From Promethearchaeia archaeon (GTDB lineage: Archaea; Asgardarchaeota; Lokiarchaeia; Sigyniarchaeales; SOKP01): a stretch of 32,000 bases of DNA. This document shows, piece after piece, positions 8,781 to 17,725 of the stretch. Position 1 is the first letter of the stretch; every line of letters begins with the position of its first letter. Below the pieces are notes generated by a model. That model was not told the origin of the DNA. It ran no database searches and was given only the letters and a program-made list of their open reading frames with translations. Where the stretch lies: the NCBI GenBank assembly GCA_046497275.1, contig JAWOFX010000032.1:1-32000 (forward strand), written 5' to 3'. The position numbers and the translations under genes were made by a program.

Positions 8781-10100
8781 ATGTTTAGCTTTGGAAAAGA
8801 TCCAGATGAGAAGGCGGAAAAAGACTTTAAAAAAGCAGAACAATTATTTGATGCCCTACAATACAAAAAAGCCGGGAAATATTATACATCAGCTGCAGAG
8901 AACTATTATGAGATTAAGAATTTTGTTTCTGCAGAAGAAGCTTATTTTAAAGCCGCCAATTCTTATTTACAAGAAGAAAGACATATAGAAGTATTAGAAT
9001 CTTTAAGAAAAGCTGCAAACGCTTCACTCAATCAAGATAAATATGAATATGCCAGGACTTTATTCAATAAAGCATTAGAATATTTGAAGAATTTAAAATC
9101 ATCTGGGCAGAAAGATCAATATTATGTTGAACTTTCCTTTTTATCTTATTTATGTTATTTTGTTTTGGGAGAATCAGAGAAAGGATTACAATTATTAAAG
9201 AAAATCCAAAAAAGAGTAGAAGCTAATTATTTTAAGGAAAATTCTTTAATTCATCTTGCAACAAACTTAACCCTCGCTCTTCGGGACAAAAAAGAAATCT
9301 ATACTGAGAAAGTAATTAATAATTTCAAGAAACTTAATCTTAATGAGACAGAACAAAAGTTTGCGAAGATTTTAATTCTATTAGCTAGCATCCAAGTCAA
9401 TATTATTCCTGATTTAATTTTTGATCAAGACACTTATACAACTCGTGAATTAATTGGAATTGATGTAAAAGTTGATGGAAGTTTCTTAGGGGAAATAAAT
9501 TCAAACTCATTTTATGAATTTCAAATTTCTGAATTCCAAATCTCAGAATATAGCCTTGAACAATCAGAAAATTTAACAATTCAAACCAAACCAGACTTAC
9601 CCATTTCTTTAAAACCAAATGAAGAGATAATATTTGAAATTGTGATGAAACCACATTTTCAGGTTGAAGATTGTTTTATAGGTCCTTTAAAATTGACTTG
9701 TATTATAAATGGAAAGTATAAATGTTTTATTGATAATCGAGCTAAGCATAATGTGAATCTTACTGCTCCTCCCACATATCTGGAAGTTTCAGTCGAAAAT
9801 CTAAAACCTCCTCTAATTGATCAAACCTTTCCTCTTGAGATTCTAATAGAGAATAAAAGTGATGGTGAAGCATCCAATCTTAAAATAAATGTTGAATTGC
9901 CAGAAAGTTTAAAATTAAGGAGGGGAACTATTGAAAAGCAGATTTATTCTCTTCGATCAAATGAAAATATCCGTTGGGAAATTAATGCTAAACCTGTAGA
10001 AGCTGGAGATTTTGAGATTAAAGTTAATTTAACGTATGAGGATCCTGATCAACAAAAAATTGAAGAAACTAAAAAATTTGATATCTCAATATTATTATAA
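8781..10100 (+). CDS. Hypothetical protein: N-terminal TPR/alpha-SNAP-like solenoid plus C-terminal Ig-like beta-sandwich domains
   Basis: Repeating A..Y..AA helical pattern in aa 10-150; beta-rich C-terminus (FPLEILIENKSDGEASNLKINVELP...GDFEIKVNLTYED) resembling CARDB/NEW3-type Ig folds. No signal peptide. Confidence 0.7.
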   Translation: MFSFGKDPDEKAEKDFKKAEQLFDALQYKKAGKYYTSAAENYYEIKNFVSAEEAYFKAANSYLQEERHIEVLESLRKAANASLNQDKYEYARTLFNKALEYLKNLKSSGQKDQYYVELSFLSYLCYFVLGESEKGLQLLKKIQKRVEANYFKENSLIHLATNLTLALRDKKEIYTEKVINNFKKLNLNETEQKFAKILILLASIQVNIIPDLIFDQDTYTTRELIGIDVKVDGSFLGEINSNSFYEFQISEFQISEYSLEQSENLTIQTKPDLPISLKPNEEIIFEIVMKPHFQVEDCFIGPLKLTCIINGKYKCFIDNRAKHNVNLTAPPTYLEVSVENLKPPLIDQTFPLEILIENKSDGEASNLKINVELPESLKLRRGTIEKQIYSLRSNENIRWEINAKPVEAGDFEIKVNLTYEDPDQQKIEETKKFDISILL

Positions 10101-10116
10101 ATATTAAATATTCATT

Positions 10117-11421
10117 CTACAGATTTTCTTTTATTACTTTTTTAAAAATACGACCTGTAATTAGAGATTCAGCTAAAGAAAAAGCTGCATTTTTTATTGA
10201 ACGCTTTCTAATAAAGGAATCAAGAAATCTTCTAAAGGAGGATTTAAAATCATTTAAAGAGATAATTAAATCATAATAAATTTCAAGTAATTGATGTACA
10301 TTAAGATTTTTTGGCTTAAAAGCTATTAAAGGGGGAGGTTCTTCAAGCCAGAAGGAATTATTAAATAATCTCTCTTGGGAATATAGTTTTTCATATAGTC
10401 TTGTTCCAGGATAGGGAGTAAGCATTGTTATATTAGGAATATCAATCCCAGAATCGTGAATAAAATCTCGTAATTCATAAATTGATTTTTTAGTGTCAAA
10501 ATCAGAGCCTATAATAAAAGAGCCCATAACATCTATTCCATAATCGTGAATTTTATCTATAATATTTTTATATGATTCCACTCCTCTTTTTAGATTTACA
10601 TTTTTATTGAATGAAGCAAGTGCTTTTTTATTAATTGATTCAAAGCCTAAAAATAGAAATGTACATCCACTTTCCTGAGCTAATCGTAATACTATGTCCT
10701 CATCTGCTATGTTTAATGATGCTTGCGCCATCCATGTTAGATCATAATCTTTAATCAACCGCAATAAATCTATTATTCTTTTTGAGGAGGTTGTTCCCGC
10801 ACCAATAAGATTATCATCTACGATGAATAAATTCTTCCTGTTCAATGATTCTAATTCTTTTTCTATGAAATCTAATGGCTTGAATCTAAACCTACCGCCA
10901 TGAAATCTAGTGACTGAACAAAATTCACAGTTAAATGGACAACCTCTCAATGTTTCGATTGATTCTAAAAAATATCTCTTCTGGAGTAAATCTCTTCTTG
11001 GCAATTTTGAATATTCGAAATTAAAAAACCCAGATTTATACCATTTTTTTAATCTACGTGATTCAAAATCTTTAAGTATTTGCTTCCAGACAAGTTCTCC
11101 ATCTCCTATAACGACTGCTGTACAATATTTTATTGCTTCATTAGGTACAATAGTTGGATGATTACCTCCTAATATTACTGGAATATTTCTTTCAAGAAAT
11201 TTTTTCGAAATTTCATAGGCTATTCTAGCTGTGTACGTATTGACGGTTATAGCAACAAGATCAGCATTATAATTAATTTTTTCAAGATTATTATCAACTA
11301 TTTCTATATCATAATTTTGGGGTATGTATGCAGCTATAGTGGTTAAACTAAGGGGCGGCAATAATCTTTTATTGTATCGTGGATTTGATGGATTTATTAA
11401 TAAAATTTTTTTTTTAACCAT
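10117..11421 (-). CDS. B12-binding radical SAM protein
   Basis: N-terminal cobalamin-binding-like domain (LLPPLSLTTIAA...VILGGNHPT) followed by RGCPFNCEFC (CxxxCxxC). Confidence 0.92.
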   Translation of the reverse strand: MVKKKILLINPSNPRYNKRLLPPLSLTTIAAYIPQNYDIEIVDNNLEKINYNADLVAITVNTYTARIAYEISKKFLERNIPVILGGNHPTIVPNEAIKYCTAVVIGDGELVWKQILKDFESRRLKKWYKSGFFNFEYSKLPRRDLLQKRYFLESIETLRGCPFNCEFCSVTRFHGGRFRFKPLDFIEKELESLNRKNLFIVDDNLIGAGTTSSKRIIDLLRLIKDYDLTWMAQASLNIADEDIVLRLAQESGCTFLFLGFESINKKALASFNKNVNLKRGVESYKNIIDKIHDYGIDVMGSFIIGSDFDTKKSIYELRDFIHDSGIDIPNITMLTPYPGTRLYEKLYSQERLFNNSFWLEEPPPLIAFKPKNLNVHQLLEIYYDLIISLNDFKSSFRRFLDSFIRKRSIKNAAFSLAESLITGRIFKKVIKENL

Positions 11422-11608
11422 TTTACTATGGTGAAAAAATATATTGAATTTTTAACTTACAAATAGATTATTTATTATTAATTTATTATGTTTTGAAAAT
11501 TAAATCTTCTCTGAGATAAATTAAGTTTAAATAATTTATTCCTCTGTCAATAAAATTATAAGTTTGTGTTGTTTTTATTCAAAATAATAAGGAATTTTAC
11601 TATTAAAA

Positions 11609-13178
11609 ATGAGATTAAAAGTAAAGAAAATAAATTTTGAAACAGGTAATACAAAAGATATCGTTTTAAATCATAGAGATGCTGCCAAATTGGGCCAGAA
11701 AGCAGGAGAAAGAGTGAAAATCACTAATATGGCTAGCGACAAATTAAATGATAGATATTGGATTGCGATTATTCAAATTGCACATTCAGACTCAATATTA
11801 TCTAGTGGAGAAATTGGAATTTTTGTTAATACATTAAGAGATCATGAAGAATTAAAGGAAAATAATGAAGTTTCTGTAAAACCAGCAGAATCGCCGGATT
11901 CCTACAAGTTTATAAAAAAGAAAATAAATAGAGAGAAATTGAGTGGAGATGAAATAAATAGAATAATTAAGGATGCCGTTTCAGGGAGTCTGTCCAAGAT
12001 AGAACTCTCTTCATTTATTACAGGTATTCATATTAATGGGATGGATAACGAGGAAATGACCGCTTTAACTCTAGCAGAATCAGAGAGTGGAGAGAAATTT
12101 AACTTTGGACCGGAAGTCTTTGATAAACATAGTACATAAGTTTACAGAATTGTAAACTTAGCTAAAAGGTGGAGTTCCGGGCAACAAAGTTTCTCTGATA
12201 ATTGTTCCCATTGTGGCTGCGGCAGGATTAACAATTCCAAAAACCAGTACAAGGGCAATTACTTCTCCTTCTGGAACTGCAGATTCAATGGAAGTACTAG
12301 CACCAGTGACTTTTACTTCAGAGGAAGTTGAAGAAATAATCTCTAACTTGAAAGCCTGTATAATTTGGGGAGGCAGTCTTGACATTGCTCCCGCAGACAG
12401 TGTTTTAATAGAAGTTGAACGTCCATTACATTTTGATCCGATTGGGTTGATGATACCATCTATTTTGGCAAAAAAACTCTCGATGGGTGTTAAAAAAATA
12501 GTATTAGATGTACCTGTCGGGGAAGGAACGAAATTTAAAACTCCTATGGATGGAAAAAAATTCGCTCATCTTTTTAAGCAGATAGCAGATAATGTAGGGG
12601 TGGTTGCTGATTGTGCTCTCACTTTAGCTCATCAACCGATTGGTCATTGTATCGGCCCTGCTATAGAGGCCCAAGAAGCTTTAACATTGTTGCGTGATTA
12701 TGCCGCGGGACCAAATTCTCTAATTGAGAAATCAACGTCTCTAGCGGGAATAATCTTAGAAATGGGAGGAAAGGCGAAGCCTGATGAGGGGCAATTAATG
12801 GCTAAAGAAATATTAAGATCAGGAAAAGCTTATAAAAAGATGAAAGAAATTATTGAAATACAAGGTGGTAATCCAGAAATTACTCCCGAAGAGATAAAAT
12901 TAGGACCGCATAAAAAAGAGTTTTATTCAAACAAATCAGGGCATATTACAGAAGTTGATAATTCGATAATAAATCAAATTGCGAAGGCAGCTGGATGTCC
13001 TTATTCTAAAACCTCAGGAGTTCAGATTTATAAAAAGCAAGGTGCTATGGTAAAGGAAGGAGATAAAATATTTACAATTTATTCCAGTAGTAATACTAAA
13101 CTAAAACGTGCAGAAAAAATCTATAATAGAACTGGTGGACCTATCATTCTTGGAGGAATGCTTATTGAAAGAATATAA
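11609..13178 (+). CDS. AMP phosphorylase (archaeal thymidine-phosphorylase family); two exons 11609-12135 and 12167-13178, 512 aa if spliced
   Basis: Removing 31 nt restores [44 protein letters not shown], the family signature. The AMP-phosphorylase-type N-terminal extension and C-terminal domain are present, and both halves are free of other stops. Confidence 0.9.
12136..12166 (+). other. Candidate 31-nt bulge-helix-bulge (relaxed HBh'/BHL) mRNA intron
   Basis: A + perfect 10-bp stem TAAGTTTACA/GAAT/TGTAAACTTA (12137-12160) + GCTA + AA. GCUA(12161-64) pairs with exon-1 UAGU(12130-33). The 3-nt bulges are ACA(12134-36) and AAA(12165-67). Cutting after the 2nd nt of each bulge removes exactly 31 nt and restores the frame. 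Confidence 0.8.
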
Positions 13179-13348
13179 TCCAAATAATTCTTAATTTTTT
13201 AGTCTTTTTATTGTTCTTTCTGAAAATTAAATCCTTGAAAAAAAAAAAAAATCCTACATTTAATAAGAACAAATTTTAATATTTTCAAATTATTGCTCTT
13301 ATTTGTATTAATAATCATTAATCATTAATATTTTATACTTCAAAACCC

Positions 13349-14578
13349 ATGGATAATAAACCTTTTTCGCTATTAGTCAAGCCCGCTGGAGCTGATTGTA
13401 ATTTACGCTGTGAATATTGTTTCTATATTGATCATTTGGAGAAGCAAGACTCCAACCCAAGAATGTCAGATAAAACTTTAGAACGGATGATATCAAGTTA
13501 CATGAAAACTGAACAGAATCGAAATTATGCATTTGGTTGGCAAGGGGGAGAGCCAACTCTAATGGGTTTAGAATTTTTTAAAAAAGTTGTTAGATATCAG
13601 CAAGAATATGGAAAAACAGGAGATTTAGTAAGTAATGGTCTACAAACTAACGGAACTCTTATTACCGACGAATGGGCAAGATTTCTTGCCCAATATAAGT
13701 TTCTGATTGGTGTAAGTCTCGATGGTCCTCCAGAACTCCATAATAGTTATCGAAAAACTATAGGTAATCAAAATTCTCATTCTCTTGTGATGAAAGGCAT
13801 TGATAATTTGAGAAAATATGATGTGCAGTATAATATTTTAATACTTGTGAATAATAAAACTGTCTCCCAACCAGAAAGAATTTATGATTATATGAAAAAA
13901 AATAGATTTTATTTCCATCAATATATACCATGCATCGAATTTGGTGAAGATAGTAAACTTCTTCCTTTTTCGATAAATGGAGAACAATGGGGAGACTTTC
14001 TATGCAAAATCTTTGATTTATGGATTCAAAATGATATATATCGAGTCTCTATTAGATTATTTGATTCAATCTTAGAATACTTAGTATATGGAAATACTCA
14101 TGTTTGTTTTATGAATAATAATTGTTGTCAATATTTTGTTGTTGAACATGACGGAAGTGTATATCCATGTGATTTTTTTGTTAGAGATGATCTACTCTTA
14201 GGAAATATTAATACTGATTCTTGGAATCATTTTTTGGAATCTCAAAAATATAAGAAATTTGGAGCAAACAAATCCACATTAAATGAAGAATGCAAAAGAT
14301 GTCCATTTTTAAACATTTGTTATGGAGATTGTCAAAAAAACCGTCCAGGTGATACAAAATCCCCAAAATCATTAAGCATCTTATGTAAAGGTTGGATGAA
14401 ATTCTATTCTCATTCTTTACCATATTTTGCAAAGCTCGCAAATAGAATTCGTATAGAACGAAATCTTCCAAAAAAAGATATGAAAGTACCAACTAAATTT
14501 GGAAGAAATGATCCATGCCCATGTGGAAGTGGAAAAAAATATAAAAATTGTTGTGGATTGAAAATGAAAGATCTATGA
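13349..14578 (+). CDS. Anaerobic sulfatase maturase-like radical SAM/SPASM protein with C-terminal SEC-C motif
   Basis: [39 protein letters not shown] cysteines ([23 protein letters not shown]) and [18 protein letters not shown]. Confidence 0.93.
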   Translation: MDNKPFSLLVKPAGADCNLRCEYCFYIDHLEKQDSNPRMSDKTLERMISSYMKTEQNRNYAFGWQGGEPTLMGLEFFKKVVRYQQEYGKTGDLVSNGLQTNGTLITDEWARFLAQYKFLIGVSLDGPPELHNSYRKTIGNQNSHSLVMKGIDNLRKYDVQYNILILVNNKTVSQPERIYDYMKKNRFYFHQYIPCIEFGEDSKLLPFSINGEQWGDFLCKIFDLWIQNDIYRVSIRLFDSILEYLVYGNTHVCFMNNNCCQYFVVEHDGSVYPCDFFVRDDLLLGNINTDSWNHFLESQKYKKFGANKSTLNEECKRCPFLNICYGDCQKNRPGDTKSPKSLSILCKGWMKFYSHSLPYFAKLANRIRIERNLPKKDMKVPTKFGRNDPCPCGSGKKYKNCCGLKMKDL

Positions 14579-14645
14579 AAATTAGAAAAAGAAATGATAT
14601 TATAAAAAAATTTAATTCTATGTTTATACAAGATATCCATAAATT

Positions 14646-16148
14646 ATGAGTTTAAAAGCTAAAGAAATTTTAAGTAATTTTCAGAAAGGACATATAGATC
14701 ATGATTCTATGAAGAATTCATTAATCTTTTTGGTAGAACATTCAAATAATATTACTGATAGATTAGAAAGTATTAAAATTATCAATAATCTAAATATAAA
14801 AACTGAGAAGATTTTCCAGACTTTCGAAAATATTCTTATTTCTGATTCAAGCGAAAAGATTCGAATCGTTTGTGCAAAAGTTCTTAAAGATCTTTTTTTA
14901 GAGAAGGCCATAGAGCCCTTAAGTTGGGCTCTTCAAAATGAAAAATCATTAAATTGTATAATCGCACTTATTTCATCTTTAGGGGAAATTGATAATGAGA
15001 AATCAAAAAAAATTTTACTTGCAAAAATTTCTCAAATTGATGAGAAACAATATAAATATAATTTAAAAGAGATTCTCGAAAAAAAATCCTTTAAAAATTA
15101 TACAAATGAAGAATTAGCTGACATTTTAATTAATTATTACATAATATCTACATTAAAATTAAAATTGGGATATTTGAAATTTATACCGAATGAAAAAGGA
15201 GAAATCGTAAAATTAGATATTTCTGGTATAGATAGTCAAGGTTTACGTTTTAAAAAAGTTTCCAATTCTTTACAACAAATTCTTTGTCTTCCCTTATTAA
15301 AAAGTCTTGATGTAAGTAATAATGATCTATTGCAATTACCAATTCAGTTTCCTCAACAAAATTATTTTGAAATATTAGATTTAAGTTACAATAGATTGCG
15401 TTCTTTACCTTCCTCTATAGAATACCTTAAAAATCTTAAAATCTTAGTATTAAAATCAAATAAACTTAAGAGATTACCAGAGACAATTGGATTTTTGAAA
15501 TCTTTGAATAAATTAATTTTAAGAGATAATTTATTGAATTCTATACCTAAATCTATTGGAAATTTACATAAGCTTGCATTTTTAGATATATATCACAATA
15601 AATTAAAAGAATTGCCCGAAACCTTTAATACGTTAATATCCCTCCGTCATGTAGAATTAGGTTGGAATCAATTTGAAAAATTTCCTTCATCTCTTAGAAA
15701 TATAACTAAGTTAGAAAAATTAAGTCTTCTTCGAAATAATATTTCCAGAATGCCCATATGGATTAAAGAATTAAGATATTTAAAATATTTAGAATTATGT
15801 GATAATCATCTGGAAGATTTACCTTATTCTGTTGGAAAATTAAACATATTAGAACATCTGAATCTTCGTAACAATAATATTACAAACCTCCCAAAGAGTA
15901 TAAAAAATCTCAAAAAATTAAAAATCTTAAATTTAAGCTGGAATAGAATTAATATAATTCCTGAGTGGATTTCTGATTTAGAATCTTTGGAAGAATTAAA
16001 TTTATGGAGCAATAACATAAAAAGAATTCCAAAATCCTTGACTTCTTTACCTAATTTAAAAAAATTATATTTGAATTTTAATAACATTTCACCCATTCCA
16101 GATTTTCTTAAAGAATTGGAGCAAAAGGGAGTCCATATTAAAATATAG
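14646..16148 (+). CDS. HEAT-repeat plus leucine-rich-repeat protein (paralogue 1)
   Basis: N-terminal helical region with ENILISDSSEKIRIVCAK; C-terminal 23-aa LRRs of the form LxxLxLxxNxLxxLPxxIxxLxx. Confidence 0.9.
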   Translation: MSLKAKEILSNFQKGHIDHDSMKNSLIFLVEHSNNITDRLESIKIINNLNIKTEKIFQTFENILISDSSEKIRIVCAKVLKDLFLEKAIEPLSWALQNEKSLNCIIALISSLGEIDNEKSKKILLAKISQIDEKQYKYNLKEILEKKSFKNYTNEELADILINYYIISTLKLKLGYLKFIPNEKGEIVKLDISGIDSQGLRFKKVSNSLQQILCLPLLKSLDVSNNDLLQLPIQFPQQNYFEILDLSYNRLRSLPSSIEYLKNLKILVLKSNKLKRLPETIGFLKSLNKLILRDNLLNSIPKSIGNLHKLAFLDIYHNKLKELPETFNTLISLRHVELGWNQFEKFPSSLRNITKLEKLSLLRNNISRMPIWIKELRYLKYLELCDNHLEDLPYSVGKLNILEHLNLRNNNITNLPKSIKNLKKLKILNLSWNRINIIPEWISDLESLEELNLWSNNIKRIPKSLTSLPNLKKLYLNFNNISPIPDFLKELEQKGVHIKI

Positions 16149-16210
16149 TTTATCTTAGATAAAATGTAAATTTAAATTACTTTCAAAACTTAATACAAAG
16201 AGATTATAAT

Positions 16211-17710
16211 ATGGATTTAAAACCACATAAAATATTAGAAAATTATAATTCTGATATTATTAGCAAATCCATTGCTGTTCAACAATTCACTTCTCTCATA
16301 GAGAATAGTGATAATCTAAACTATAGAATAGAAAGCCTTAAATTTCTAATTAAAATAGATGCTAAAAATACTAAAATTTATGATCTAATTGAAAATTTAT
16401 TAATATCTGACTCAAATGAGAAAATTAGATGTACGGCAGCAAAACTAATGAAAGATCATTTTTTAAATAAAGCATTTAGCGCGATGAAATGGTCTCTTGA
16501 ACATGAAACATCAATAAATTGTTTAATTACCATAATTAGGGCATTAGGTGATATAAATACCAAAGAATCTCTTTCTCTTCTAAATAACGATCTTGAAAAA
16601 ATTGAATATTCTTCATTTAAGAGTCATATAGATCAGGTTTTTAAAAAATACCCTCAAATGCACCAAGATGCAAAAATATTAGCTGAGATTCTCAATAACT
16701 ATTATGTTATTAAGTTTTTAGAAAATAAATTCGATAAAATAAGATATAAACTTAAGCGAGCTAAAGTTATTGAACTCGATTTATCAAATATCGGTAGTCA
16801 CGTGTTTGAATATAATGTTTTGAAATCTTTACCCGATTTCGTGTGCTCGTTAAAATCTTTAGAGAAATTAGATCTCAAGTTTAATCGAATAAGGAAATGT
16901 CCAAATAGTATTGGAAATCTTAAGCTTTTGAAATCATTAGATATGAGTTACAATAAATGTAAAACAATTTCTAAAAATATTGGAGAACTTTCTATATTAG
17001 AATTTCTAAATATCAAAAATAACAATTTAAAAGAATTACCTTCCTCTATTGGAAATTTATCAAATTTGAGAAGTTTAAATTTACGCTCTAATAAATTAAT
17101 GCAATTACCATCCTCTATTGGTTCATTATTTAATTTAGAAGAATTAATTCTTCATGGAAATTTATTAAAGGATTTGCCAAAAAGTATGAGTAATTTAAAG
17201 AAAATTAAGATTTTAGAATTAGGTTCAAATAGATTCAGAAATCTCCCAGAATCATTAAAAAGATTGAGATCTCTTAATATATTAGGTTTAGGGGGTAATA
17301 ATTTAACCAAAATACCCAGATGGATCGGAAATCTAAATAATCTAAAGGAATTACATGTTTATGATAATTTCCTAGAACAACTACCTGAGAGCCTGGGATC
17401 TCTTAGTTCCTTAGAGGAATTAACTTTATGGAATAATAATTTGGAAACACTCCCGAGATCTTTTACAAAATTCTCATCATTAAAGCGATTAAACTTGAGT
17501 TGGAATAATTTACAGAAATTACCTGAATGTATCGAAAAAATAAAATCATTGGAAATATTAAGTTTATGGGGTAATAATCTAAAAGAAATTCCGGCATCAA
17601 TAGAAAATTTGGAGAATCTTAGAATTTTAGATCTGAATTTTAATAAAAATATTAAATTACCTACAAATTTGGCTGATTTAGAAAGAAACGGTTTAATAAT
17701 CTACAAATAG
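16211..17710 (+). CDS. HEAT-repeat plus leucine-rich-repeat protein (paralogue 2)
   Basis: ENLLISDSNEKIRCTAAK followed by 23-aa LRRs such as LRSLNLRSNKLMQLPSSIGSL. Confidence 0.9.
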   Translation: MDLKPHKILENYNSDIISKSIAVQQFTSLIENSDNLNYRIESLKFLIKIDAKNTKIYDLIENLLISDSNEKIRCTAAKLMKDHFLNKAFSAMKWSLEHETSINCLITIIRALGDINTKESLSLLNNDLEKIEYSSFKSHIDQVFKKYPQMHQDAKILAEILNNYYVIKFLENKFDKIRYKLKRAKVIELDLSNIGSHVFEYNVLKSLPDFVCSLKSLEKLDLKFNRIRKCPNSIGNLKLLKSLDMSYNKCKTISKNIGELSILEFLNIKNNNLKELPSSIGNLSNLRSLNLRSNKLMQLPSSIGSLFNLEELILHGNLLKDLPKSMSNLKKIKILELGSNRFRNLPESLKRLRSLNILGLGGNNLTKIPRWIGNLNNLKELHVYDNFLEQLPESLGSLSSLEELTLWNNNLETLPRSFTKFSSLKRLNLSWNNLQKLPECIEKIKSLEILSLWGNNLKEIPASIENLENLRILDLNFNKNIKLPTNLADLERNGLIIYK

Positions 17711-17725
17711 AGTGAAGATAATTTT

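Noticed and set aside
12137-12167. MITE or transposon footprint inactivating AMP phosphorylase
   Set aside because: No target-site duplication beyond one ambiguous A, no transposase in the window, and no second copy noticed by eye. The non-hairpin part pairs specifically with exon 1. Considered less likely rather than excluded until RNA data are checked.
12134-12170. Translational bypassing (T4 gene 60-like hop) over the stop and hairpin in AMP phosphorylase
   Set aside because: Take-off codon ACA has no matching landing triplet before GGT (it is AAA). The internal ACA at 12144 leads to GAA TTG TAA. The splice-motif geometry explains all 31 nt.
7247-12385. Short track ORFs 7247-7447(-), 7876-8121(+), 8791-8988(+), 9403-9654(-), 10910-11161(+), 12158-12385(-)
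   Set aside because: Antisense or off-frame shadows lying within well-supported genes, with no recognisable motifs.
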